The position numbers and the translations under genes were made by a program. A DNA stretch of 50,859 nucleotides, from contig CAWCRS010000006.1 of assembly GCA_963798085.1 (NCBI GenBank), positions 1 through 50,859 on the forward strand. The letters are read 5' to 3'. The DNA comes from an uncultured Gemmatimonadales bacterium (lineage in GTDB: Bacteria > Gemmatimonadota > Gemmatimonadetes > Longimicrobiales > RSA9). The notes beneath the pieces are model-generated. The model saw only the letters and a program-made list of their open reading frames with translations. It searched no databases and was not told where the DNA came from. Every line of letters starts with the position of its first letter. Position 1 is the stretch's first letter. Positions 17,635 to 26,564 of the stretch are shown piece by piece.

Positions 17635-18822
17635 CTACCCTGGCCGCGACAGCGCGGTGTCAGCCACGGTGTTCGCGGCCGCCTCGCGCAGCCGCTGCAA
17701 CGCCAGGCTCACCAGCCTCGCCGCCGCCACAGAGCCTTCGCCGGTCATGCGTTGCGCCGCGTCGGCGGGCCAATGCACGCGGGCCAGTGACCCGAAGTTG
17801 CCGCGCATGAGCGTGCAGGCCGCCACGCCCTGGCGCGCAAAAGGCGAATGGTCCAGCAGAAGCCCGGGCGGTACGCGACGGTGACGCAGCGATTCGCCCG
17901 CGGCGGCGGCGACGCCCCCGAGCAACGCCACCATGTCCACCGAGTGCGGTCGCGCGCTGCCATCGGTGAGCACGAAAAAGCGGCCATGATCATCAATGCC
18001 ATCGATGTTGATGACCGCAGCAAGGCCGGCCATGCCGGTCGCCGCCGCACGCGAGCCGGCGAGACAGAATTCCTCCGCGTCGGTCACGAGATATGCGACA
18101 TCCCTCGATCCGCGCTCCTGCTCCTGCGCCGCCACACGGAGCAGCGCCGTCACGCCGCTGGCGTTGTCGAGCGCGCCCGCGGATTCGTTGCCCGCACTGC
18201 AGCGCGCGAGGATCAATGCGCCCAGCGCGCCGGCCGCGCCCAGCAGCGTGACGAGCAGCGTGAGCGCACCGCTTCCCGCCGCGGACACAGTCACGGCTGC
18301 TGGCGCACCGTCTTGTCCGCCCATGACAAGCGATGCACCCGCCTCGAGGATGAGGCCACACCATGCGAGCAGCACGCTGATCACAGCGCCCAGGCGCAGG
18401 ACCAGGGGCACGCCCTGTGACTTGCTGTCACGGTGCGCCATGACCAGGAAGCGCGGGCTTGCATCTGCGGGCGCGGCCAGGAAGTTGACGCCCGTGCGAC
18501 GCATGAACGGACAGCGCAGGATCACGCCGTCCATGGCGAGCATGATGGCGAGCGCGAGGACTGCGAGCAGCAGCAGCACCAGCGCGGCGAGCGCGGCGTG
18601 TCCCTGGCGCAACAGCAGCGCAGCGCCGGCGAACGCAGCCGCGAGGAGCAGCCCGGCAATGGGCAGTCCGCGCTGCAGCGGCCAGGCCGAGAATCCAAAC
18701 GCCAGGTTAGTGACACGGCAGCCGCTGCCTTCGAGCTGGCTGCGGATCTCTGCGGCGACGCGATCCGCGGCGGGCGTTCCGTGCAGGCGGGGTACCGCCA
18801 GGAGCCGCAGCGTGTCGCGCAC
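17635..18822 (-). CDS. Membrane-embedded M28-family metallopeptidase
   Basis: AHRDS, GALDNASG, DAEE, NIDG and DH metal-ligand motifs interleaved with transmembrane helices. Confidence 0.85.
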   Translation of the reverse strand: MRDTLRLLAVPRLHGTPAADRVAAEIRSQLEGSGCRVTNLAFGFSAWPLQRGLPIAGLLLAAAFAGAALLLRQGHAALAALVLLLLAVLALAIMLAMDGVILRCPFMRRTGVNFLAAPADASPRFLVMAHRDSKSQGVPLVLRLGAVISVLLAWCGLILEAGASLVMGGQDGAPAAVTVSAAGSGALTLLVTLLGAAGALGALILARCSAGNESAGALDNASGVTALLRVAAQEQERGSRDVAYLVTDAEEFCLAGSRAAATGMAGLAAVINIDGIDDHGRFFVLTDGSARPHSVDMVALLGGVAAAAGESLRHRRVPPGLLLDHSPFARQGVAACTLMRGNFGSLARVHWPADAAQRMTGEGSVAAARLVSLALQRLREAAANTVADTALSRPG

Positions 18823-18828
18823 GGCGGC

Positions 18829-19764
18829 TCAGCCGGTCACGGCTCCCGGCTGCAGCAGGTCCGCCTGCTTCAGCGCGGCCGCCACCTGGCGTCGCTCCTT
18901 CTCGCCCAGCGCGCGGAGCGGCGGCCGCGGCGGGCCGCCCACCCAGCCCATCATGTCGAGTGCAGTCTTGATGCCCACCGCACCATACGTGGTGACGACT
19001 TCCTTGTGCAGTGCCGCGAGGCTCTCCTGCATCCGGCCGGCGCCGCGCCTGTCACCGGCGCGGAACGCCTGCAGCAGTTCCGCACAGCGCGCCGGTGCAA
19101 TGTCGGCAATGGCGAGGACGCCGCCGGCGCCGCCCAGTTCGAGCGCCGTGTACAATAACGTGCCGTTACCCACGAAGAGACTCTTGTCTCGCGGACACGC
19201 GTCCGTGTATTCCGCGAAGCGCTTGACGTCACCCGATGAGTCCTTGAGGCCGACGACGTTGGAGTGGCGCACGATTTCCCCCATGAGCCCGCCCTCGATC
19301 GTCACCTTCGTGTACTTCGGGATATGGTAGACGATCACGGGCACGGGTGACGCATCGGCGACCGCGCGGTAATGATCGGCAAGCGCGGCCGGCGACAGGT
19401 AGGGCCCGAAGTACCAGGGCGCGTGCACGAGCACATAGTCGGCGCCCCGCTCCGCGAGTGACTGCGCGAGTCGTACTGTCGCCCGCGTGGAGTCGGCGCT
19501 GGCGCCACCCACCAGCGCAATGCCCGGTGGCACGAGATCACGTGCCAGCTCGGTCAGCTTGAGCTTCTCGTCCTCATCCAGCAGCGCGCCCTCGCCCGTC
19601 GATCCGAAGAGCACAATGCCATCGATCGGCTCCTGCACGTAGCGACGCAGGTTCTCGCGCAGGCTGATGGACGCAATGGCGCCGGTCGTTTCATCGAACG
19701 GCGTGGTGACGGGCAGAAACACGCCACCGGGACGACTCGCGGAAGCAGGCAAGGTCGGTTTCAC
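18829..19764 (-). CDS. DapA/NanA-family class I aldolase (probably not a true DHDPS)
   Basis: GSTGE, YHIP and GLKDSSG; lacks the DHDPS Arg of YNVPxRT. Confidence 0.88.
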   Translation of the reverse strand: MKPTLPASASRPGGVFLPVTTPFDETTGAIASISLRENLRRYVQEPIDGIVLFGSTGEGALLDEDEKLKLTELARDLVPPGIALVGGASADSTRATVRLAQSLAERGADYVLVHAPWYFGPYLSPAALADHYRAVADASPVPVIVYHIPKYTKVTIEGGLMGEIVRHSNVVGLKDSSGDVKRFAEYTDACPRDKSLFVGNGTLLYTALELGGAGGVLAIADIAPARCAELLQAFRAGDRRGAGRMQESLAALHKEVVTTYGAVGIKTALDMMGWVGGPPRPPLRALGEKERRQVAAALKQADLLQPGAVTG

Positions 19765-19914
19765 CGTGAAGGAGTGGGTGTGCGCGGCACGGTTGGATAA
19801 TGGCCGATTCAGTGGCACCCGCAAGTGCGCCGTGAGCGCGAGCCACCGATGCAGAACGCCCCGGAACCTGCTCGAAGGTCCCGGGGCGTGCGTGCCGCGC
19901 GTGTGCGCGTGATC

Positions 19915-20982
19915 TCAGACCAGCGTGCGCATCTTCAGCTCGAAGTCGGTCGGGTTGTTGGCCGCCGCCTTCGCCACTTCGTAGGAAACCAGCTCGGCTT
20001 CCACCAGGTCGCGCAGGTGCTGATCGAACGTCTGCGAGCCGTACTGCTCCTTGCCGTCGGAAATCAGGTCATAGATCTCGTGCTGCTTGTCGCCACCCTG
20101 CATGATCGCGTCCGCAATGGTGCCCGTGACCACCATGACTTCGGCGGCCACCACGCGACCGCGGCCGTCCTTGCGGGGCAGCAGCCGCTGGCTGATCACC
20201 GCCACCAGCGTTTCCGCCAGGCGGATGCGCACCATTTCCTGCTCGTGCGGCGGGAAGACGGCGACGATACGCGTCACCGTCTGCACCGCATTTGTGGTGT
20301 GCAGCGTGGACAGCACGAGGTGGCCGGTTTCCGCCGCCTTCATGGCGGTGTCGATCGTGGTGGTATCGCGCATTTCGCCGATCATCACCACATCGGGATC
20401 CTCGCGCAACGCCGACTTGAGGCCCTGGTCGAACGAGGGCGTGTCGCTGCCCACTTCACGCTGCGTGATCGAACAGTTGATGTCGCGGTGCAGGAATTCG
20501 ATCGGATTCTCGAGCGTGATGATGTGCTTGCGGCGCGTGTTGTTGATGTAGCCGACAATGGCGGCCAGCGTGCTGCTCTTCCCCGAACCGGTGACGCCGG
20601 TCACGAGCACGAGTCCGCGCTCCGCCTGCGAAATCGCGGAGAGCACCGGTGGCAGCCGCAGTGTCTCGAAGTTCGGGATGTCGATGGGAATCACGCGCAT
20701 CACGGCCATGGGTGTCCCGCGCTGGCGGAGGATGTTCACGCGGAATCGGCCGAGCCCGGGGGCGCCCCAGGAGCAGTCGTAATCGCGGATCTCGTCGAAG
20801 CGCTCGCGATCCTTGGGATTGGTGATGAGCTGGAGACAGATCTGGCGGACCTGTTCGTGCGAGAGCCGCTGCTGCGTCAGCGGTACGAGCTCTCCGTGGA
20901 TGCGGGCCCGGAGAAAGTCTCCGACCTTGATGTGGATGTCGGAGGCCCCGCGCTGGACCGCCGCCTTGAAGATCTCGATCAT
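19915..20982 (-). CDS. PilT/PilU-family type IV pilus retraction ATPase
   Basis: ASDIHI, RFRVN, GVTGSGKSS, LREDPDVVMIGEMRD, GHLVLSTLH and QTFDQ. Confidence 0.93.
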   Translation of the reverse strand: MIEIFKAAVQRGASDIHIKVGDFLRARIHGELVPLTQQRLSHEQVRQICLQLITNPKDRERFDEIRDYDCSWGAPGLGRFRVNILRQRGTPMAVMRVIPIDIPNFETLRLPPVLSAISQAERGLVLVTGVTGSGKSSTLAAIVGYINNTRRKHIITLENPIEFLHRDINCSITQREVGSDTPSFDQGLKSALREDPDVVMIGEMRDTTTIDTAMKAAETGHLVLSTLHTTNAVQTVTRIVAVFPPHEQEMVRIRLAETLVAVISQRLLPRKDGRGRVVAAEVMVVTGTIADAIMQGGDKQHEIYDLISDGKEQYGSQTFDQHLRDLVEAELVSYEVAKAAANNPTDFELKMRTLV

Positions 20983-21408
20983 TTCCGTTGCCGAGGGTAG
21001 AGTTTCGGCGCGCCGGGCATCCCGCCACGGCGAGGTTCGTCCTGGGGGATCCCCTTCGTGCGTGAAGGAGGGTCGGACGAACCTGTAGCAAAGTATCGGA
21101 GGCTTCGCGAAGGGCCTGAAATGGGAAGGAAACTCTCCGGACCGTCTTGGCATTCGTGGGATTTCTTTCCTTTGGCGCCGGGCACACATGGTCGTGTCCC
21201 GGATCTGCCCGGTGCGGGCGATCCGGGCTATCGCGAACCCGCCAAACCTGCGGGGTGCCACGCCAGGCCCATGTCGATCCGGGACCAAACCCACGAATGC
21301 CAAGACGGTCCGGGTGAAGGCCAGCACCGTCCAGCCGTGGCGCCTCCTCCGCCGCCCCCTCAGATTCGGCCCGCCTGGATTCTGGTCTGCCCCGCTCGAG
21401 GAGCATCG

Positions 21409-22347
21409 ATGGCGTTGGATGCGGTACTGCGTGTGGCGCTCGAAGCGGCGCGCGAGGCTGTGGCCGTACACCGTGCGTACGCCGGGCGAGTGACCCCCGG
21501 CCAGTGGCAGGTGAAGGGACAGCATGACTTCGTGACCCACGTGGATCGCGAGGCCGAGGCCCGCATCCTGGCGTGCATCCGTCGCAGCTTCCCGGACCAT
21601 CGATTCCTCGCCGAGGAGGAGGCCACGGCGAGGCCGGCGGATTCCGCGCCGGCAGCGGCAGGAACGTCGTCGCCTGCATCCGGTACTTCTGAAGCAGCGC
21701 CTGAAGCAACGCCTGAAGAAGCGCCTGAAGCAGCGCCCGAGCACGCGGAGCGCGCCGCCTCGCGCCGTCTCGCGGCCGCGCGCCTCGAGCCAGGCTGGCT
21801 ATGGGTGATCGATCCGCTCGATGGCACCACGAACTACCTGCATCAGTATCCCATGTATTCGGTGTCGGTGGCGGCGCTGCTCGACGGTACGCCCGCGGTG
21901 GGTGTCGTAATCAACAGCATCACGGGTGACACGTGGACGGCGCTGCGCGCGCGGGGCGCGTTCCTGAACAATGTGCGAATTGCGGTCTCGCGCACTGCAT
22001 TGCTCGAGCACGCGCTGATCGGCACGGGGTTCCCGTTCAAGGCGCTGGAACTGATGCCGCTGTACCTGAGCCAGTTCGACCGCGTGACGCGGGCGTCCGC
22101 GGGTGTGCGCCGAGCCGGCTCGGCGGCGCTGGACCTCTGTCATCTCGCGACGGGATACGTTGATGGCTTCTGGGAGCTGTGGCTGGCGCCGTGGGATGTG
22201 GCGGCTGGCACTCTGATCGTTCGCGAGGCGGGTGGTGTAGTCACGACTATGGATGGAAACGATGATGTGCTCGCGGCTGGTTCGCTGCTTGCAGGGAATC
22301 CGACCGTCTACGAAGCACTCGCCGGGATCCTGAACCATGGCACCTGA
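21409..22347 (+). CDS. suhB: Inositol monophosphatase family protein with low-complexity insert
   Basis: DFVTHVDREAE, WVIDPLDGTTNY, RRAGSAALDL and WDVAAG; GAGGAG RBS. Confidence 0.9.
   Translation: MALDAVLRVALEAAREAVAVHRAYAGRVTPGQWQVKGQHDFVTHVDREAEARILACIRRSFPDHRFLAEEEATARPADSAPAAAGTSSPASGTSEAAPEATPEEAPEAAPEHAERAASRRLAAARLEPGWLWVIDPLDGTTNYLHQYPMYSVSVAALLDGTPAVGVVINSITGDTWTALRARGAFLNNVRIAVSRTALLEHALIGTGFPFKALELMPLYLSQFDRVTRASAGVRRAGSAALDLCHLATGYVDGFWELWLAPWDVAAGTLIVREAGGVVTTMDGNDDVLAAGSLLAGNPTVYEALAGILNHGT
21689..21736 (+). repeat. 4 x 12-bp in-frame tandem repeat inside suhB
   Basis: ctgaagcagcgc / ctgaagcaacgc / ctgaagaagcgc / ctgaagcagcgc, encoding EAAP-EATP-EEAP-EAAP. Confidence 0.9.
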
Positions 22348-24661
22348 CGGAAACCGCAGACGGACCACGGGCTCGCGCGGCGGCTCCAGCCGTTCGCGAC
22401 GTTCCGCCCTTGCCGCGGGCTGGAAGAAGGCGAGGAGCGCGGCTGGCAACGTCTGGCAGTCGACGAAGCTCCGGCTGCGCCGCACCCGCGCCTGGCTCAG
22501 GGCGAGGCCGGCGATATCGGCACTGCTCGTCACGGGGGTGCTGGGCACGCTGTCGCTGGCGGGCGGACTGCTGGTGGGCAGCTGGCAGGCGGTGTGCCGC
22601 GACTGCCCGTCGATCGCGCAGATCTACGGCTGGGAGCCCAAGAGCGCGACGCAGATCCTCGATCGCAAAGGCAAGCTCATCTCCGAGCTGTTCACCGAGC
22701 GACGCACACCCGTGCGCATCGAGACGCTGCCGGAGTATGTGCCGCACGCGTTCGTCGCCATTGAGGACAAGCGCTTCTACCAGCACCACGGCTTCGACTT
22801 CCGCCGCCTGATCGGCGCCAACCTCCGGAACATCTTCAGCCTCCGCATCACGGGCGGAGGCAGCACCATCACGCAGCAGCTGGCGCGCTGGATGTTCACG
22901 GAGGAGATCGGTTTCAGACGCACGGGGTGGGGCGGGCCGGTCCGCAAGCTGAAGGAAGCAAAGGTGGCTCGCGAGCTGGAGGAAGTGTACACCAAGGATC
23001 AGATCCTCGAGGCGTACATCAATCAGGTCAACTATGGCGATGGCCGTCACGGCATCGAGGCGGCATCGCAGTACTTCTTCGGCAAGGCCGCCGTGCAGCT
23101 GGACCCGGCAGAGGCCGCACTGCTCGCCGCCGTGATCAACCGGCCCACATCCTACTCGCCGTTCCGCAATCCCGAACGCGCCCGTGGCCGCCGCAACCTG
23201 GTGCTCACGCTAATGGCGAGTCAGGGCTGGATCACGCGCGCCCAGGCGGACAGCGGGCAGAAGGAAGCGCTGCCTGATGCGCCGCACCGCAGCGACGAGG
23301 GCAAGGTCGCGCCCTATTTCGTCGAGTACGTGCGCGACATCCTGGACGACAAGTACGGCTCCGACCTCTACAGCAAGGGGTACCGCGTCACCACGACGCT
23401 CGACCTGGACATGCAGCTCGCGGCGCAGGCCGCCATGGATACCGGCTGGGCACGCATCGAGCATCAGCCTTCTTTCCGCGGCGCGAAATACGCGAAGGTC
23501 AAGGAGCAGGGCGGCACGAAGGACCTGGAGCAGACCGCGTATCTGCAGGGCATGTTCCTCGCCCTCGATCCCGCCAATGGCGGCATCCTGGCAATGATCG
23601 GCGGCCGCGATTTCGACGACTCGAAGTTCAACCGCAGCGTGCAGGCGCTGCGCCAGCCGGGCTCGACCTTCAAGCCGTTCACCTACACATCGGCCATCGC
23701 CAGCGGCATTCCCGCGTCACACGTGATCAATGATTCGCCGCTCATGCTGGAACTGCCGGAAGGCGGCATCTATTCGCCCAAGAACTACGAGCCGGAATTC
23801 CGCGGCCCGCTGACGCTGCGCGACGCGCTCAAGTTCTCCATCAACACGGTGGCCGTGAAGCTGGGCATGGAAGTGGGCATGGAGACGGTGGCGCAGACCG
23901 CGCACCAGCTGGGCATTACCACCGACGTGCCACCCTACCCGTCCACCGCCATCGGCGCGCCCTCCGTACTGCCCATCCAGATGGTGGAGGCGTACACCAC
24001 GTTTGCTAACACGGGTGTAAAGGTGAAGCCGCGGCCCATCCAGAAGGTGGAAGATGCGGATGGCCGCCTGCTCTGGGAGACGTTCCCCGAACGTGACCAG
24101 GTGCTGGACTCGGCCGTGGCGGCGATCATGCGGGACATGATGCGCACGGCGCTCGACAACGGTTCGGGCCAGTATGCGCGGCAGGGACCGCTGGGCCTGT
24201 CCTACGACGTTCCCGCCGCGGGCAAGACAGGCACCACGAACGACGCCACGGACATCTGGTTCATCGGCTTCACGCCGGACATCCTGGCCGCGGTCTGGTT
24301 CGGCTTCGACAAGCCCAGACCGATTCTGCCTCGCGCGGCCGGCGGCGTGTACGCGGCGCCGGTCTGGGGCCAGTTCATGCACGAGATCTATTACGGCAAG
24401 GCGCCGCAGTACCCGATTCCTGAACCGTGGCCCTGGCCGGAGAACATTACCACGCGGTTAGTGGATCGCGAGACGGGCAAGCTGGCGTCCTCGTGGTGCC
24501 CGTCGGACAACGCGTACGAAGAGCACTACCTGCCCGGCACCGAGCCCACGGAAGTGTGCCGTCCTTCGGCCGGCCTGTTCGGCGGTCCGGCCATCCGCCG
24601 CCTGCGCACCGACACGCTGCCCTCGGACTCTATCCGCCGGCCGCATCGCCGGATGTTCTGA
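22337..24661 (+). CDS. Class A penicillin-binding protein (PBP1A family)
   Basis: Transglycosylase motifs EDKRFYQHHG, GGSTITQQ and RKLKE; transpeptidase motifs STFK, SIN and KTG. Confidence 0.95.
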   Translation: MAPDGNRRRTTGSRGGSSRSRRSALAAGWKKARSAAGNVWQSTKLRLRRTRAWLRARPAISALLVTGVLGTLSLAGGLLVGSWQAVCRDCPSIAQIYGWEPKSATQILDRKGKLISELFTERRTPVRIETLPEYVPHAFVAIEDKRFYQHHGFDFRRLIGANLRNIFSLRITGGGSTITQQLARWMFTEEIGFRRTGWGGPVRKLKEAKVARELEEVYTKDQILEAYINQVNYGDGRHGIEAASQYFFGKAAVQLDPAEAALLAAVINRPTSYSPFRNPERARGRRNLVLTLMASQGWITRAQADSGQKEALPDAPHRSDEGKVAPYFVEYVRDILDDKYGSDLYSKGYRVTTTLDLDMQLAAQAAMDTGWARIEHQPSFRGAKYAKVKEQGGTKDLEQTAYLQGMFLALDPANGGILAMIGGRDFDDSKFNRSVQALRQPGSTFKPFTYTSAIASGIPASHVINDSPLMLELPEGGIYSPKNYEPEFRGPLTLRDALKFSINTVAVKLGMEVGMETVAQTAHQLGITTDVPPYPSTAIGAPSVLPIQMVEAYTTFANTGVKVKPRPIQKVEDADGRLLWETFPERDQVLDSAVAAIMRDMMRTALDNGSGQYARQGPLGLSYDVPAAGKTGTTNDATDIWFIGFTPDILAAVWFGFDKPRPILPRAAGGVYAAPVWGQFMHEIYYGKAPQYPIPEPWPWPENITTRLVDRETGKLASSWCPSDNAYEEHYLPGTEPTEVCRPSAGLFGGPAIRRLRTDTLPSDSIRRPHRRMF

Positions 24662-24878
24662 CAAACAGGCTGTAAGGGACTCCGGCCGCCTCCAGCACGC
24701 CAGCCAGCGCAGCCACGTCCTCCTGCAGGCACTCCAGCGCCAGGCCGCACTTCGCGTGTGCCGCCGCGGGTGCCGGCACCACCTGCGCACCCAGCCGCTG
24801 CTCCAGCGCGATCTGCTCGGCCCAGAGCGCGTGGTGTGTGGTATCGAAAGTGAACAGCGTGTCAGGCGACGCCGTCAC
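24630..24878 (-). CDS. DUF3343-like small protein
   Basis: FTFDTTHHALWAE...VPAP...CGLAL; the GTG start overlaps the pdp 3' end. Confidence 0.72.
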   Translation of the reverse strand: MTASPDTLFTFDTTHHALWAEQIALEQRLGAQVVPAPAAAHAKCGLALECLQEDVAALAGVLEAAGVPYSLFVRTSGDAAGG

Positions 24879-26211
24879 GTCCCGCCAGCCGCGTTGCCTC
24901 GGCCTCCGTGATGCGGCCGGCAATGAGCGGCAGTGCCTGCGCCGGCCCATCGCCCAGCGTGATGGCAAGGCGGAGCGCCTCGGAAGCGGCCGCGGCGGAA
25001 TCGTCATCACGCGCGAACACGGTGGCAAGCGCATCGCCGGCCTGCACACGGTCCCCGGGCTTGACGGGAATGAGGAAGCCCACGGCCGGGTCGATGCTCG
25101 CGCCCAGTGCGGCACGGCCGGCGCCCAGCGCCACGGCGGCCTGACCAATGGCGCGTGTGTCGAACGACTCGACCACGCCCGCGCGATCCGCAACGACCGC
25201 CGCCTGCGCCGGCGCCTGCGGCAGCAATGCCGGCTCATCCAGCACGCGCGCATTGCCGCCCTGCGCCACGATGATGCGCCGCATGGTCTCGAGCGCGCGG
25301 CCATCGTCCAGCGCCTGCGCCGCCCGCTGCCTGGCCTCCTCGATCGAGGGCGAGGCACCGCCCAGCACGAGCATCTCGCCTGCTAACGCGAGTGTTACGG
25401 TGCGCAGATCCGGCGGGCCCCCGCCGCGCAGCGCGGCGATGGCCTCCGCGACTTCCAGGGCATTGCCCACGGCCACGCCCAATGGCCGGTCCATCGCGGT
25501 CATGAGCGCCACCACGCGGCAGCCCCAGGCCTCGCCGATCGCGATCATGGTGCGCGCCAGCACCTGCGCGCGGTCGGCGTCCGGCAGAAACGCGCCGTTG
25601 CCCAGCTTCACGTCCAGTACCAGCGCATTGATGCCTTCCGCCAGCTTCTTGCTCATGATGCTGGACGCGATGAGCGGGATGGATTCGACGGTCGCAGTGA
25701 CGTCGCGCAATGCGTAGAGCTTGCGATCGAGAGGCGCGATCTCCGCTGTCTGCGCAATCAGCGCGCAGCCAATGTCGGCAAGCTGGTCGCGGTACTCGCG
25801 CAGGGTCAGGCTGGTGCGAAACCCGGGAATCGACTCGAGCTTGTCCACGGTGCCGCCCGAATGACCGAGCCCGCGGCCGCTCATCATGGGAACCGGCACC
25901 CCGAGCGCGGCCACCAGCGGCGCCAGCACCAGCGACACCTTGTCGCCTACGCCACCCGTCGAGTGCTTGTCGACCTTGATGCCCGGCACATCGTCCAGAT
26001 CCACGATTTCGCCGGAGTGCAGCATGATGTCGACCAGCGCGCGCAGCTCAGCGGGGGACATGCCGCGAAAAAATACGGCCATCAGGAAGGCCGCCACGTG
26101 GTAGTCGGCCACGCGGCCCTCCTGATAGCCGTTCAGGAATCCGGCGATCTCCGCCGCCGTCAGCTCTTCACCATCACGCTTCTGCTGGATGGCCTGGTAC
26201 GGCGTCAGCAC
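24862..26211 (-). CDS. pdp: Thymidine/pyrimidine-nucleoside phosphorylase
   Basis: DKHSTGGVGDK, SGRGLGHSGGTVDKLESIPG, YALRDVTATV and SIMSKK. Confidence 0.95.
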   Translation of the reverse strand: MLTPYQAIQQKRDGEELTAAEIAGFLNGYQEGRVADYHVAAFLMAVFFRGMSPAELRALVDIMLHSGEIVDLDDVPGIKVDKHSTGGVGDKVSLVLAPLVAALGVPVPMMSGRGLGHSGGTVDKLESIPGFRTSLTLREYRDQLADIGCALIAQTAEIAPLDRKLYALRDVTATVESIPLIASSIMSKKLAEGINALVLDVKLGNGAFLPDADRAQVLARTMIAIGEAWGCRVVALMTAMDRPLGVAVGNALEVAEAIAALRGGGPPDLRTVTLALAGEMLVLGGASPSIEEARQRAAQALDDGRALETMRRIIVAQGGNARVLDEPALLPQAPAQAAVVADRAGVVESFDTRAIGQAAVALGAGRAALGASIDPAVGFLIPVKPGDRVQAGDALATVFARDDDSAAAASEALRLAITLGDGPAQALPLIAGRITEAEATRLAGRDGVA

Positions 26212-26251
26212 GGATGCTCGCCCATGCGGGCGGTTCCCGCGGCAGCTGGAT

Positions 26252-26485
26252 TCAGACGCGAATCTTCTTGCGACCGGCTTCGACCGCGGAGCGGACATCG
26301 TCGGCCAGGTCTCCAAAACGCTGGCCCGCGCTCTCGCGTGCGGACGAAATGCCCTTCATCAGCTGTCGGCGCGTCCGCTTGCCGCTCTGCGGCGCCATGA
26401 GGAGTGCCACGCCAGCACCCAGTGCGGCGCCCACCAGCACACCCATCAGAAAATTGAGGGCGCCGTTTTCTTCTTCGTAATACAT
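26252..26485 (-). CDS. YtxH-domain protein
   Basis: FLMGVLVGAALGAGVALLMAPQSGKRTR. Confidence 0.85.
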   Translation of the reverse strand: MYYEEENGALNFLMGVLVGAALGAGVALLMAPQSGKRTRRQLMKGISSARESAGQRFGDLADDVRSAVEAGRKKIRV

Positions 26486-26564
26486 GGTCTCGCTCCCGTC
26501 ATCGTGTATGCGGTCCGTGGCGAACAGAGCACGGACCGTGCCGCCTGCCGTTTCGTGTGGCCAC

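Noticed and set aside
20983..21744. N-terminal extensions of PilT (609 aa) and SuhB (429 aa)
   Set aside because: The extensions overlap each other and the divergent promoter region. Family homology starts at 20982 and 21409.
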